Positions 18,956-28,773 of a stretch of DNA of 64,000 nucleotides are shown here, piece by piece. Numbering within the stretch: the stretch's first letter is position 1; the number at the start of each line of letters is the position of its first letter. Under the pieces are notes generated by a model, which was not told where the DNA came from, made no database searches, and saw only the letters and a list, made by a program, of their open reading frames with translations. The stretch lies in NCBI GenBank assembly GCA_036518275.1, contig DATDNK010000342.1, forward strand, positions 2,693 to 66,692. Reading direction: 5' to 3'. The translations under genes and the position numbers were made by a program. The stretch comes from Candidatus Acidiferrum sp. (GTDB taxonomy: Bacteria; Acidobacteriota; Terriglobia; Acidiferrales; UBA7541).

Positions 18956-20620
18956 ATGATAGGTGTCATTGCGGATGCCGCGGACCAAGACGTGGTTCGC
19001 GAATTCTTCGAGCTGTTCAAAACTCCATGGGAGTTTTGCCGTAAGAATCAAAGGTACGATGTTCTGCTCTGTGCAGGAGGAGATGTACCGCTTGGCGCCA
19101 GCGCGAAACTCACACTCTGGTATGCGGGCAGGAAGAATCGATTTGACGATAAGAATGAGATCCACGTTGGCGACCAGCGCTCACATGCCTCCACACTCAT
19201 GTACCTCGGGCAGAGAATTCCTATTTACGGCGAAACGATCACATTCGCGGAGGAATCGCGCGGACTTCTTAGAGACGAGAGCTCAAATGCGTGCGTCATA
19301 TACGTAGACAAAAACAGCGAAGGAGTGTTCGTTAGAATTGGGTATAGCCTTTTAAGTGAAATCCGCCAGTTGTTAGTGCAAGGTCAGCCGAGCTCCAATG
19401 CGGCGATACCAACACTCGAGCTGCACATCGCGCTCCTGAGAGATTTGATTACAAATTACGGTGTTCCCTTGATCGAGATTCCTCCTGTTCCCGAGGGATA
19501 TCGCTTTATCGCGTGCTTAACTCACGATGTCGATCATCCTTTCATCCGGCACCATAGATGGGATCATACAGTTTTTGGGTTCCTGTATCGTGCTGCCTTC
19601 GTCTCGTTGTGGAAGTTTTTCCAAGGGCAGATGCCCATAGGAGATGTGCTCAGGAACTGGGCGGCGATCACAAAGCTTCCATTCGTCTATTTAGGTTTTG
19701 CAAAAGACTTCTGGCGCGAATTCAGTGATCGCTACCTACAGATCGAAAAAGGGATTCACTCGACCTTTTTCATAATTCCATTCAGGGACTGTTCCGGTAA
19801 GACCTCTGCCGGGCTGGCACCTTCGTTTCGCGCAGCCCGCTATGAAGCAAAGGATCTCATAAACACGATCCAGAAGCTTGTGGATGCGGGATGTGAAGTC
19901 GGGCTGCACGGAATTGATGCTTGGCTTGATCCCTCTGAGGGGAAAAAAGAATTAGAAGAAATTCGCCGCCTTACTGGAGTCAAGGAAATTGGCGTGCGAA
20001 TGCACTGGCTATATTTTAATAAGAAATCACCAATAGTTCTGGAAGAAGCCGGAGCCGCCTACGACTCGACCATAGGTTACAACGAAACAGTTGGGTATCG
20101 GACGGGTACAACGCAAGTATATAAGCCGCTCGACGTGAGTCGAATCCTAGAATTGCCAATGCACATTATGGACACTGCGCTTTTTTACCCTGACCATCTA
20201 GGATTATCCGCAGAAGGGGCGAGAGCACTGTTCGACTGCCTGGCAGAAAATGCAGTCAAGTTTGGAGGTTGCCTTTCGATCAACTGGCACGATCGCAGCA
20301 TTGCGCCGGAGAGGCTTTGGGGGGCATGCTATCGCGACTTTGTTGACGAACTGAAGGCTCGAGGCGCGTGGTTTGCGACTGCGGGCGAGGCAGTCTCCTG
20401 GTTTAGAAGACGGCGATCAGTTGAGTTCGAAAAGGATCCCGAGTGTCCTACCTCAATGCGGGCGAAGATTCCATCTAATGTTAGCTGTGAATTGCCCGGT
20501 CTGCGCATGCGAATACACAGGGAACAGAACGTAGGCGAGAGCCAAACTTGTACCCCAGAGGCCTACGTTGATGTCGTTATTACAAAAGGGACTGAAAGCC
20601 AAAGCGTCGTAAGTCAATGA
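18956..20620 (+). CDS. Polysaccharide-deacetylase-like (NodB-fold) protein with an N-terminal extension
   Basis: 'CLTHDVD', 'EVGLHG', 'GVRMHWL', 'YDSTIGY', 'ELPMHIMDT', 'INWH'. Confidence 0.75.
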   Translation: MIGVIADAADQDVVREFFELFKTPWEFCRKNQRYDVLLCAGGDVPLGASAKLTLWYAGRKNRFDDKNEIHVGDQRSHASTLMYLGQRIPIYGETITFAEESRGLLRDESSNACVIYVDKNSEGVFVRIGYSLLSEIRQLLVQGQPSSNAAIPTLELHIALLRDLITNYGVPLIEIPPVPEGYRFIACLTHDVDHPFIRHHRWDHTVFGFLYRAAFVSLWKFFQGQMPIGDVLRNWAAITKLPFVYLGFAKDFWREFSDRYLQIEKGIHSTFFIIPFRDCSGKTSAGLAPSFRAARYEAKDLINTIQKLVDAGCEVGLHGIDAWLDPSEGKKELEEIRRLTGVKEIGVRMHWLYFNKKSPIVLEEAGAAYDSTIGYNETVGYRTGTTQVYKPLDVSRILELPMHIMDTALFYPDHLGLSAEGARALFDCLAENAVKFGGCLSINWHDRSIAPERLWGACYRDFVDELKARGAWFATAGEAVSWFRRRRSVEFEKDPECPTSMRAKIPSNVSCELPGLRMRIHREQNVGESQTCTPEAYVDVVITKGTESQSVVSQ

Positions 20621-20684
20621 TTAGGCCTCCCATTCAAATCAATTCTGCCGCTCGGAAACGCTTAAATCGGACTGCAATAGACAG

Positions 20685-21677
20685 ATGACGTTGAAGCGTA
20701 CAGTTTTAGAGGTCTGCGGCAAGATGATGCCACGCGAGTATTGCCCCTCTGCTGGTGTACTTTTTCCCTATGGCCATATCGTTAGTGACGTCGTACCGCT
20801 GCACGTAAAGCATCTGTACTCGATACCGAATATCACCAAGTTTAAGTCGGATATCGACTTCCTCTGTCAGCGTTATAAACCCCTACACCCGTCTGAACTG
20901 GAGAGGATCTCGGAGCATCGAAACGGTAACTCGTCTGCCCGTTATTTCCTTTTATCGTTCGATGATGGGATGCGGGAAGTATACGACGTAATTGCGCCGA
21001 TCCTTCGAGATAAAGGTGTTCCTGCGATTTTTTTCCTGAACAGCGCGACTATTGATAACAAGCGGCTCATGTGGCGACACAAGATCAGTTTGCTAATCGA
21101 ACGATCTCAACAAGCGCCGAGGCGGATTCCGCCTCAGCTAAACGTTCGCTCGACAGAAAGCTTGATTGCTCGATTGAAAGCCTTGCGATATGCCGATGAG
21201 TCTATTTTGGACGAGATCGCGAGTTTTCTTGAGCTTGACTTCGATGAATATTTGCGGCGCGTCAGACCCTATTTGTCAACCGCCCAAATCTCCGAGCTCG
21301 CTTCTTCTGGCTTTGAATTCGGAGCTCATAGCCACAGTCACCCCTATTTCAATCAAATCACGGTTGAGGATCAAAGGAGGCAAGTCTCCCAAAGTGTGTT
21401 ATTTATTCGAGCGCTTGGGGTACCTTGCCGCTACTTTGCCTTTCCTTTTCATGATAGTGGGGTTCCGACTTCAGTTTTCAAGTATTTGAGGGACCTCAGT
21501 ATTGTTCTCTCGTTTGGTACGAGTGAAGCGCGTTCAGATTCAGTTCCGTTTTCTTTCCAGCGCTTTGCGCTCGATGGAAGCAATGCTGCTTCGAGCATTC
21601 AAGACCTGCTGAAGCAGCTCGCAGCAAAATCAATCATTCGCCATCTTTGTGGAACAGATGTCATTCATCGGAGTTAA
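20685..21677 (+). CDS. Polysaccharide deacetylase (CE4)
   Basis: 'LSFDDG', 'PAIFF', 'EFGAHSHSHP', 'FAFPF'. Confidence 0.85.
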   Translation: MTLKRTVLEVCGKMMPREYCPSAGVLFPYGHIVSDVVPLHVKHLYSIPNITKFKSDIDFLCQRYKPLHPSELERISEHRNGNSSARYFLLSFDDGMREVYDVIAPILRDKGVPAIFFLNSATIDNKRLMWRHKISLLIERSQQAPRRIPPQLNVRSTESLIARLKALRYADESILDEIASFLELDFDEYLRRVRPYLSTAQISELASSGFEFGAHSHSHPYFNQITVEDQRRQVSQSVLFIRALGVPCRYFAFPFHDSGVPTSVFKYLRDLSIVLSFGTSEARSDSVPFSFQRFALDGSNAASSIQDLLKQLAAKSIIRHLCGTDVIHRS

Positions 21678-21765
21678 ACGAAGATAGAAATGTTAGTTTT
21701 CATAGGCAGTCCATCGTTTATGCAGAGCCAGTTCAGGGCCGTAGAGCGATAGTGGGTGCGGTGCA

Positions 21766-23223
21766 ATGCCTCCTTCGTTAGCGCTACTTGTCTGGTTCTT
21801 GCTTCTTTTAGTTCTGCTTTGCCTGGATCCCGCGAAGAAACGCGGCACGTCGGTGGCCCTATGGGTTCCAGTGCTTTGGTTCTTTTTCGTTGGAACGCGA
21901 ATGCCTTCACAGTGGCTCGCCGTTCATATAGGAACGGCGGCTGAGGCCTTTGAGGATGCGGATCCTTTGAATCGGAACGTCTTTTTGGTACTAACCCTGG
22001 TCGCGATTGGCATCTTGATGGTGCGGTCCTTCAACTGGGGGGGGTTTGTAGCCCGGAACGTGTTCCTGATGGCATTTCTTCTCTTTGCCCTGATGAGCGT
22101 ATCTTGGTCGGATTTTCCTCTTATCACCTTCAAGAGGTGGTTTCGAGACCTAGGGGCTTATTTGGTGATGCTGGTCGCTTTGTCGGACCCACACCCGCTC
22201 GAGGGTGTGCGTACAGTCTTGCGGCGTTTTTGTTACCTGGCGGTTCCACTTTCCATCGTGCTCGTCAAATACTTCCCTGACATGGGTAGGTCCTATGACG
22301 AGTGGACTGGCGCCGTCGTGGCTGTTGGGGCCGCCAACGGCAAGAACCAGCTTGGTGTCGCATGCCTAGTCGCTGGAGTTTTCTTTTTCTGGGATACGGT
22401 GACACGTTGGCCCGACCGTGCAGAAAGACGCACGAAACGGATATTGCTCGTGAACTTCATTTTCATGGCGATGACGGTTTGGCTGCTCAATTTTTGCAAT
22501 AGCGCCACTGCAAACGTTTGCCTGGCTATTGGCTCGTTCATGATACTGGTAGCTGCTACGAAAGCAGTCAAGCGCCATCCTACTCTGTTCAAAGTGCTTA
22601 TTCCGGCCTGTTTCGTCTGCTATGTGACTCTGGCGTACTGGTTCAACATCAATGCTTATCTGGTGGGCGCGGTCGGCCGCAATCCAACCCTTACGAATCG
22701 AACCTTTATCTGGGCGACTCTCTTTGGCATGACGACCAACCCGCTAATAGGCACCGGCTATAGGAGCTTCTTCCTAGGCGCCCGGTTGCGAGAATTGTGG
22801 CTGGTTATTCATGGAGTCATGGAGGCACACAACGGCTACCTCGACCTGTATCTCAATTTGGGGATCATCGGATTAGTGCTGTTCCTTGGTTTTCTGATCG
22901 CTAGCTACCGGACGATATGGGACAGGGTTAGAACGGCGCCCGCATTTGCTTCGCTTGGTCTCGCCATCTGGACCATTCTTTTGTTCTACAACGTTACGGA
23001 AGCAGGGTTCGTTGGCGGCTTGCTGTGGTTGATTCTCATGCTGACAGGCATTGACGTCCCTGGACTCACCGAGGATCCATCCCGCAACGTATCGCCATTG
23101 AAAATTGGGGCGGTGGGGGAACAGTTGCCTAAACCTATTCCAGAACCGGCAGGTTTTCGGAATAAATTCACAACTGATCGACCAAGCTTAAGCGCCCATT
23201 CGATTGCCGCGAGGAAAACATGA
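21766..23223 (+). CDS. O-antigen ligase / Wzy polymerase family membrane protein
   Basis: Many TM helices, 'KNQLG', 'GRNPTLTNRTFIW', 'NPLIGTGY', 'EAHNGYLDLYLNLGIIG'. Confidence 0.88.
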   Translation: MPPSLALLVWFLLLLVLLCLDPAKKRGTSVALWVPVLWFFFVGTRMPSQWLAVHIGTAAEAFEDADPLNRNVFLVLTLVAIGILMVRSFNWGGFVARNVFLMAFLLFALMSVSWSDFPLITFKRWFRDLGAYLVMLVALSDPHPLEGVRTVLRRFCYLAVPLSIVLVKYFPDMGRSYDEWTGAVVAVGAANGKNQLGVACLVAGVFFFWDTVTRWPDRAERRTKRILLVNFIFMAMTVWLLNFCNSATANVCLAIGSFMILVAATKAVKRHPTLFKVLIPACFVCYVTLAYWFNINAYLVGAVGRNPTLTNRTFIWATLFGMTTNPLIGTGYRSFFLGARLRELWLVIHGVMEAHNGYLDLYLNLGIIGLVLFLGFLIASYRTIWDRVRTAPAFASLGLAIWTILLFYNVTEAGFVGGLLWLILMLTGIDVPGLTEDPSRNVSPLKIGAVGEQLPKPIPEPAGFRNKFTTDRPSLSAHSIAARKT

Positions 23224-24173
23224 GCATCGGCCACACCGAGATCCGTGTTAGCGGAAGGACAGTTCACGTCTTGTCGGCGAAAATCGACGACCGGACAGTG
23301 ATCACGAAAGGGAAACTGTTCAAGATAGCAGCTGTTCACGATGAAGAACTGAGAGAAGATGAAACAATCGCGGACCCCGAGTCGTTTATTTCGCAGTTAA
23401 AGGAAGTGGGGCTCAGCGCCGACATCTTCACATTTTCTCAGAATCTGCCCGCCATCACTCCCAAGTATAGTTATCACTTGGAGCTGGATAATTTCGCCGT
23501 AATACCGATAAAGACCTTCTCTGACTGGTGGGAAAACCGTATTGAATCGAGTGTGCGTAGGGCCGTCAAGAAAGCAGGTAAGGTTGGGGTTGTCGTCAAG
23601 TTGGCGGAATTCGATGACGCATTTGTTGAAGGCATTGTCCGCCTCTATAACGAGACCCCGATCAGGCGAGGCAAGCCGTTTTGGCACTATGGGAAGAGCT
23701 TCGACACCGTGAAGTACGAAAATTCAACCTATCCGGGAAGAAATGGTTTCCTGGGCGCCTACTACAATGGCGAATTGATCGGCTTTATCAGGATGATTTA
23801 CGCCGGCAGCGTAGCCCATATTATTCAGCAGCTTACAATGGCGAAGCACTACGACAAGAGGGTGGCAAATGCGCTGATCGCAAAGGCTGTCGAAGTTTGT
23901 GAGAAAAAGGGAATTTCCCATCTGACCTACTGCAATTATGTTTATCATGACCCGGGAAGCTCTATGACCGAGTTCAAGCGGCGAAACGGGTTTCAGCAGG
24001 TATTCCTGCCTCGATACTACATTCCCCTTACGCTTAAAGGAAGAATTGTGCTGAGATTGAGACTCCACCGCGGCTTCATAAAGCTCATTCCAAAGCCCAT
24101 TGTTATACGCCTCCTCAGACTTAGAGGTCTTTGGTACGCGCGCAAGTTGAAGGCCGTCGAAGAGTCTCTCTAG
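23220..24173 (+). CDS. GNAT/FemAB-like protein
   Basis: 'VRRAVKKA', 'YNETPIRRGKPFWHYGK', 'NALIAKAVEVC', 'FKRRNGF'. ATGA overlap with the upstream gene. Confidence 0.7.
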   Translation: MSIGHTEIRVSGRTVHVLSAKIDDRTVITKGKLFKIAAVHDEELREDETIADPESFISQLKEVGLSADIFTFSQNLPAITPKYSYHLELDNFAVIPIKTFSDWWENRIESSVRRAVKKAGKVGVVVKLAEFDDAFVEGIVRLYNETPIRRGKPFWHYGKSFDTVKYENSTYPGRNGFLGAYYNGELIGFIRMIYAGSVAHIIQQLTMAKHYDKRVANALIAKAVEVCEKKGISHLTYCNYVYHDPGSSMTEFKRRNGFQQVFLPRYYIPLTLKGRIVLRLRLHRGFIKLIPKPIVIRLLRLRGLWYARKLKAVEESL

Positions 24174-24181
24174 GAACGTCC

Positions 24182-26005
24182 ATGCCAGGAATCGTCGGGC
24201 TTATCACCAGAATGCCGCGCGAAGAGGCGGAACAAGCACTTCGTCGGATGGTCGAGGCTATGAGTCACGAAAGCTTCTGCGTGACGGGTACATGGGCCGA
24301 AGAGTCTCTGGGAGTCTACGTCGGGTGGGTTGCAAGAAAGGGCTCTTTCTCCGACGGAATGCCCCTGCGAAATGAGTGCGCAGACTCTGTTCTCATCTTC
24401 TCAGGTGAGGAGTTTCCTGATCCAAATGCAATAAAGCAGCTCGAGAAAAAGGGTCAGGGGGTTTGCGGTGGCGGCGCTTCCTATCTGCTCCATATTTCCG
24501 AGGAAGGTCCGTCATTCCCTGCCAGGTTAAATGGTCGATTCCACGGGTTGCTGATAGAGCGTCGCAAAGCAACGGCAACGCTCTTCAATGACCGGTACGG
24601 GATGCACCGGATCTATTTCCACGACTCGAAAGACGCTTTCTATTTCGCTGCGGAGGCCAAAGCGATTCTTGCCGTGCGTCCTGAACTAAGGAGGATGAAT
24701 CCACGTGGGGTTGGAGAGTTCATCGCCTGTGGAGCGGTCTTGGAGAATAGGACGCTGTTTGAGGGCATCGAGGCTCTGCCGCCAGCTTCCGCGTGGGCCT
24801 TTCGTCACGGCTTGCTCGAACGCAAGAGCAGCTATTTCAATCCACGAGAATGGGAAGTCCAAGAAACGCTTGATCCGGAATCCTATTATCGGGAACTCCG
24901 GGAGGTTTTCACGCAAAATCTGCCTCGGTATTTCAATGGTCGCGAGCGGGTCGGTATATCGCTCACCGGAGGACTGGATTCCCGAATGATCATGGCTTGC
25001 CGGAAGGCTGACCCGGGGTCCCTTCCATGCTACACCTTCGGCAGCATGTTCCACGAAAACCAGGATGTCCGCGTCGCGCGGAACGTGGCAAAAGCGTGCA
25101 AGCAGCCGTTTCAGGTCATCGCCGCCGACCAGGGATTCTTATCGCGATTCGCACATTATGCTGAGCGCACTGTGTACCTCACCGACGGGTGCACGGATGT
25201 GGGCCTTTCCCCGATACTCTATGTCAATGAAAAGGCGCGCCAAGTCGCCCCGGTGCGAATAAGCGGGGTCTTTGGCGGAGAGGTTCTTCGCGGGGTCCGA
25301 GCGTTCAAACCTGAGATGAACAGGCATTGGTTGTTCCAACCTGAACTGCGCTCTTATGTGGACCAGGGAGCCGAGACGTACGGGAGTGTTCTTCGCGCGC
25401 ACCCGGTTTCCTTCGCCGCCTTCAAGCAGGCCCCTTGGTACCACTCCGGGATCTTAGCGCTCGAGCAGACACAACTTGCTGTGCGCTCCCCCTATCTTGA
25501 CAACGACTTTGTCCGTACAGTTTTTCGCGCGCCGAAATCCGCGCTCTCGAGCGATGGGGTTTCCTTTCGACTGATTGCCGACGGCAATCCGGACCTGTTG
25601 CGGTTCGCAACGGATCGCGGCGTGCGCGGAGACAAGCGGCGCCTTTTGGGCGCGTTTTCCCACTCTCTCCTCAAATTTCAATTTAAAGCTGAATATGCCT
25701 ACGACTACGGAATGCCGCAGTTGGCCGCCCAGATCGACCACCTCTTTTCGTCGTTCCACCTTGAGCGACTGTTTCTCGGTCGGCACAAGTTCTATCATTT
25801 CCGCGTTTGGTATCGAGACGCCCTTGCCGGGTACGTCCGGGAAATGTTGCTCGATCCGTGCAGTCTTTCGAGGCCATACATTGAACGAAAAGCACTTGAG
25901 GGAATAGTGAGGGACCACCTCAAAGGTAACCGGAACTATACCGCCGAAATCCACATGGCGCTAACCCTCGAAATCCTGCACCGCCTTTTCCTTGATCCGC
26001 GTTGA
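24182..26005 (+). CDS. Asparagine-synthase-related ATP-dependent amide ligase lacking the N-terminal catalytic Cys
   Basis: Begins 'MPGIVG'; 'LNGRF', 'NDRYG', PPi loop 'SLTGGLDSR', 'RSPYLD'. Start set at the ATG 24182. Confidence 0.85.
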   Translation: MPGIVGLITRMPREEAEQALRRMVEAMSHESFCVTGTWAEESLGVYVGWVARKGSFSDGMPLRNECADSVLIFSGEEFPDPNAIKQLEKKGQGVCGGGASYLLHISEEGPSFPARLNGRFHGLLIERRKATATLFNDRYGMHRIYFHDSKDAFYFAAEAKAILAVRPELRRMNPRGVGEFIACGAVLENRTLFEGIEALPPASAWAFRHGLLERKSSYFNPREWEVQETLDPESYYRELREVFTQNLPRYFNGRERVGISLTGGLDSRMIMACRKADPGSLPCYTFGSMFHENQDVRVARNVAKACKQPFQVIAADQGFLSRFAHYAERTVYLTDGCTDVGLSPILYVNEKARQVAPVRISGVFGGEVLRGVRAFKPEMNRHWLFQPELRSYVDQGAETYGSVLRAHPVSFAAFKQAPWYHSGILALEQTQLAVRSPYLDNDFVRTVFRAPKSALSSDGVSFRLIADGNPDLLRFATDRGVRGDKRRLLGAFSHSLLKFQFKAEYAYDYGMPQLAAQIDHLFSSFHLERLFLGRHKFYHFRVWYRDALAGYVREMLLDPCSLSRPYIERKALEGIVRDHLKGNRNYTAEIHMALTLEILHRLFLDPR

Positions 26006-26029
26006 CATTCAGCTTCGTAGAGAGGTCCG

Positions 26030-26815
26030 ATGGCGAGCAAGCCGATTTCTTTTGACAAATACATTACACGATGGATGCCTACAGTCCAAGGCTACATGAC
26101 ACCTTTAGACGCAAGGGTAATAGGCGCGCTCCTCTCTTATCAAAACGAGAGCAACATCCGGGGTCATTTATGCGAGATCGGCGTTCACCACGGGCGGCTG
26201 TTCCTCATGCTTGCGCTTGCTCGTCGTCCGGGCGAATGCTCGCTGGCAATAGATTTGTTTGAGGATGATAGGTTGAACGCCAGCACCGAGCACGCGGGGC
26301 GTGACCTCGCCATGTTCGAAAATGCAAGGCGGCTGGGTGTCAAGCTCACGGATCAGGAGGTTTTCAAAACTTCCTCAATGGGCGTCGAGCCTGCCGACAT
26401 TCTCGCCCGAGCGACCGGGCCTGTAAGATTCTATAGCATCGATGGCAGTCACCTTTACAATGGCGTCGAGAACGACCTGCGGCTCGCAGAGCGGACGCTG
26501 ACGCCCGACGGAATAATCGCCGTCGACGACTTCTTCAATCCTGGATGGGCAGATGTCAGCTTTGCCGTCCACGATTTCCTCCGCAGGACTGACGCAATAG
26601 TCCCATTCGCAATCACTCCTGCCAAGATCTACCTCGCCCCGCTCCGAGCGGCAGAGAAATACAAGGCTGCTCTGCTGAGACACGCTCGCGCAGCTGACAC
26701 GGAGTTGGTTCAAGTCCTTGGAAAAGAGACGCTGCGCCTCAAGCAAAGTGCTTTAAGAAGGGGATATGATCTCCTGCACAATGCCATTGCTCGGTATGCC
26801 TTGCGATTGGCGTGA
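26030..26815 (+). CDS. Class I SAM-dependent methyltransferase (Methyltransf_24-like)
   Basis: 'EIGVHHGR', 'AIDLF', 'SIDGSH', 'GIIAVDDFFN'. Confidence 0.85.
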   Translation: MASKPISFDKYITRWMPTVQGYMTPLDARVIGALLSYQNESNIRGHLCEIGVHHGRLFLMLALARRPGECSLAIDLFEDDRLNASTEHAGRDLAMFENARRLGVKLTDQEVFKTSSMGVEPADILARATGPVRFYSIDGSHLYNGVENDLRLAERTLTPDGIIAVDDFFNPGWADVSFAVHDFLRRTDAIVPFAITPAKIYLAPLRAAEKYKAALLRHARAADTELVQVLGKETLRLKQSALRRGYDLLHNAIARYALRLA

Positions 26816-26909
26816 GTTCTTTATTTGCAACGCTGAGAAGTCGACACATTATTCAACGAACTACAACTCAAGACACTAGCTATAAGAGGCTAGAAAATTT
26901 AGATCCAGA

Positions 26910-28562
26910 TCAATTAACAACAGCCTTAAGATTCGTCGGAGCAGCAGGAGGCGTTCCCGAGCCGAGAGTGAGCGGGTGCGGGTACGCATAGGGCGTGTAG
27001 AAGGCATTCGTCCAAGTGTTCGTACTACTACAAATATCCAGCACCCCGTTTCCTGCTCCGTTCCCGCTGGTGTTCCAGCTACCTTGGTCTGTAGAAAAGT
27101 AAGCAACTCCGCTCGTGCAGGTCGCGGGCCGCGCTGAGCGTGCTCCGCAGCCAACACCAGTCGCTCCCGTGAAACCCGTACAGTCCGTCGGGGAGTTAGG
27201 GTCTGACGAAACATAGTAATCCTGATTCTGCGTCCAGATGCTGCCATTAAGCACGATAAGGCCATTGTCGTTGCCGCCGCCAAGTGGCTGAAATTGATTC
27301 AGCCAGAAATAAAGCGGCTCTAGTTTCTGGTGTGGCCAAGTTCCGTTGAACGTTGAGCATCCCGTCGTCTGGTCGCACTTTGTAGGAAAGCTGCCAGTTA
27401 ACAGATCGCCCTGCCCGCGTGTGGGCTGGTCGATGCAGGGATACCCACTGGCGTTAGTGTTGCCGTCCCATCCGCTTCCACTGCCGCAGAATCCAAATCC
27501 GTTAGGAGGAGTAGGAGGCGAGTAACCGCACCTGCTACTGCCTGACGGAGAGCGGCAATCGGTCAGTTGCACCCAACTGGCGTATCCCTGTCCCACTGGA
27601 TTGTTCCCCCAGATGAGCGCGGGGCCGCTGCTGAAGAAGAAGTTCGTGTTGGAGAACGCGGTTGTGAACGGTATCGTGACAATCCACTGATTCTTGTATA
27701 TCTCTGTCGCTCGACACCCGCGAAGCTGTACGCCACTTCCCGTTGGGTGTGTCTGAAGGTGAGCTCCGTTGAAGAACGTGTTGAAACGATAGACCGCTTT
27801 TCCGCCGAAGTCGCAGTCAACTGCTTGGTTCGAGCCAATCCCGGCTGTGTTGTTCTGGAAGAGGTTCTGCTCTACGACAAGGAAGTTGGCACCACCAAAG
27901 CCTGTCGGCACTGCCCAAGCGCCATCTTGGTTGCTGCCTTCGTTCCCGTTGCAATTCACGCCGTTGTAGGGGACGATGCCGAAGCCAGTCGTTCCCGTGA
28001 GATTCTGAAAAATGTTATGATCAGCCACGCCATAGGAACAGCCGCTAACGTCCAGCATCGCACTAGCTGTCCCGCCCGTGTCGCTGTTAAAGCGATTATG
28101 GTCTATGCGAATCTCGTTGGCTCCAGTACCGCCATTTATCATAACTACGCCGTCGTTCTTCGTCGTGCTGGACTGGAACGTGATGCCCGTCAGTCGAATG
28201 AATCCGCTGGCCGACAACTTCAGCATGAAATCTCCGTTAGCTGCTGTGCCGTCCTTAATGATTGTGTTGTCCGTACAGGCGAGGTTGTTGTTAGCAGGGT
28301 CGCCACTGCCTGTGCATGTCGTCTGGCCTCGAATCGTTAAGCTCGTTACTGCGGCCGGAGCCGTGTAGTTGATGGCGGTCGTCCATTGGCAGGTTCCGGC
28401 GGGGATATTTACCGTTGCTGTCGATGCAGTTACGGAATTTAAGGCGGTCTGAACGTCCGACTGAGCGCAGCTCGTTGCATTTATGACCTGGGCGCGCAGC
28501 GCCGTGGGAAGGCATAACGAGGTCAGAAAAAACAAAATGAAACACTTCACCACTTTGGACAT
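26910..28562 (-). CDS. Secreted right-handed beta-helix-like protein with C-terminal PAAPTNL peptide
   Basis: Signal peptide, G/N/T/S/C-rich, parallel beta-helix-type repeats ('IRIDHNRF', 'VADHNIF', 'VVEQNLF', 'YRFNTF', 'EIYKN'), 'YTPYAYPHPL', ends 'GTPPAAPTNLKAVVN'. Confidence 0.85.
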   Translation of the reverse strand: MSKVVKCFILFFLTSLCLPTALRAQVINATSCAQSDVQTALNSVTASTATVNIPAGTCQWTTAINYTAPAAVTSLTIRGQTTCTGSGDPANNNLACTDNTIIKDGTAANGDFMLKLSASGFIRLTGITFQSSTTKNDGVVMINGGTGANEIRIDHNRFNSDTGGTASAMLDVSGCSYGVADHNIFQNLTGTTGFGIVPYNGVNCNGNEGSNQDGAWAVPTGFGGANFLVVEQNLFQNNTAGIGSNQAVDCDFGGKAVYRFNTFFNGAHLQTHPTGSGVQLRGCRATEIYKNQWIVTIPFTTAFSNTNFFFSSGPALIWGNNPVGQGYASWVQLTDCRSPSGSSRCGYSPPTPPNGFGFCGSGSGWDGNTNASGYPCIDQPTRGQGDLLTGSFPTKCDQTTGCSTFNGTWPHQKLEPLYFWLNQFQPLGGGNDNGLIVLNGSIWTQNQDYYVSSDPNSPTDCTGFTGATGVGCGARSARPATCTSGVAYFSTDQGSWNTSGNGAGNGVLDICSSTNTWTNAFYTPYAYPHPLTLGSGTPPAAPTNLKAVVN

Positions 28563-28633
28563 TTCTTCCGTCCCTTCCGACGATCCCCCACTTATACAAT
28601 GATGATTCTGCTCGCGGACAACATAGATTTCAA

Positions 28634-28660
28634 CTGTCCCAGTGACCAGTCTTGGGACAG
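28634..28660. repeat. Perfect 8-bp inverted repeat in a divergent intergenic region
   Basis: CTGTCCCA-N11-TGGGACAG. Confidence 0.6.
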
Positions 28661-28773
28661 GATGCCGCCAAGTGAGAAATTACTCAGGATTTTCAGATTT
28701 GATGTTCTGGTAATGCGCAAAGAGGGATGAACCAGCTGTGGTGCCAGGACTAACGAAGTGAAGTCTGCGGCCA

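Noticed and set aside
17054-26005. Lasso-peptide (RiPP) cluster suggested by the AsnB-like genes
   Set aside because: No precursor peptide, B1/RRE or B2 protease gene. The context is entirely polysaccharide.
27567-28340. 257-aa plus-strand ORF
   Set aside because: Shadow of the beta-helix gene.
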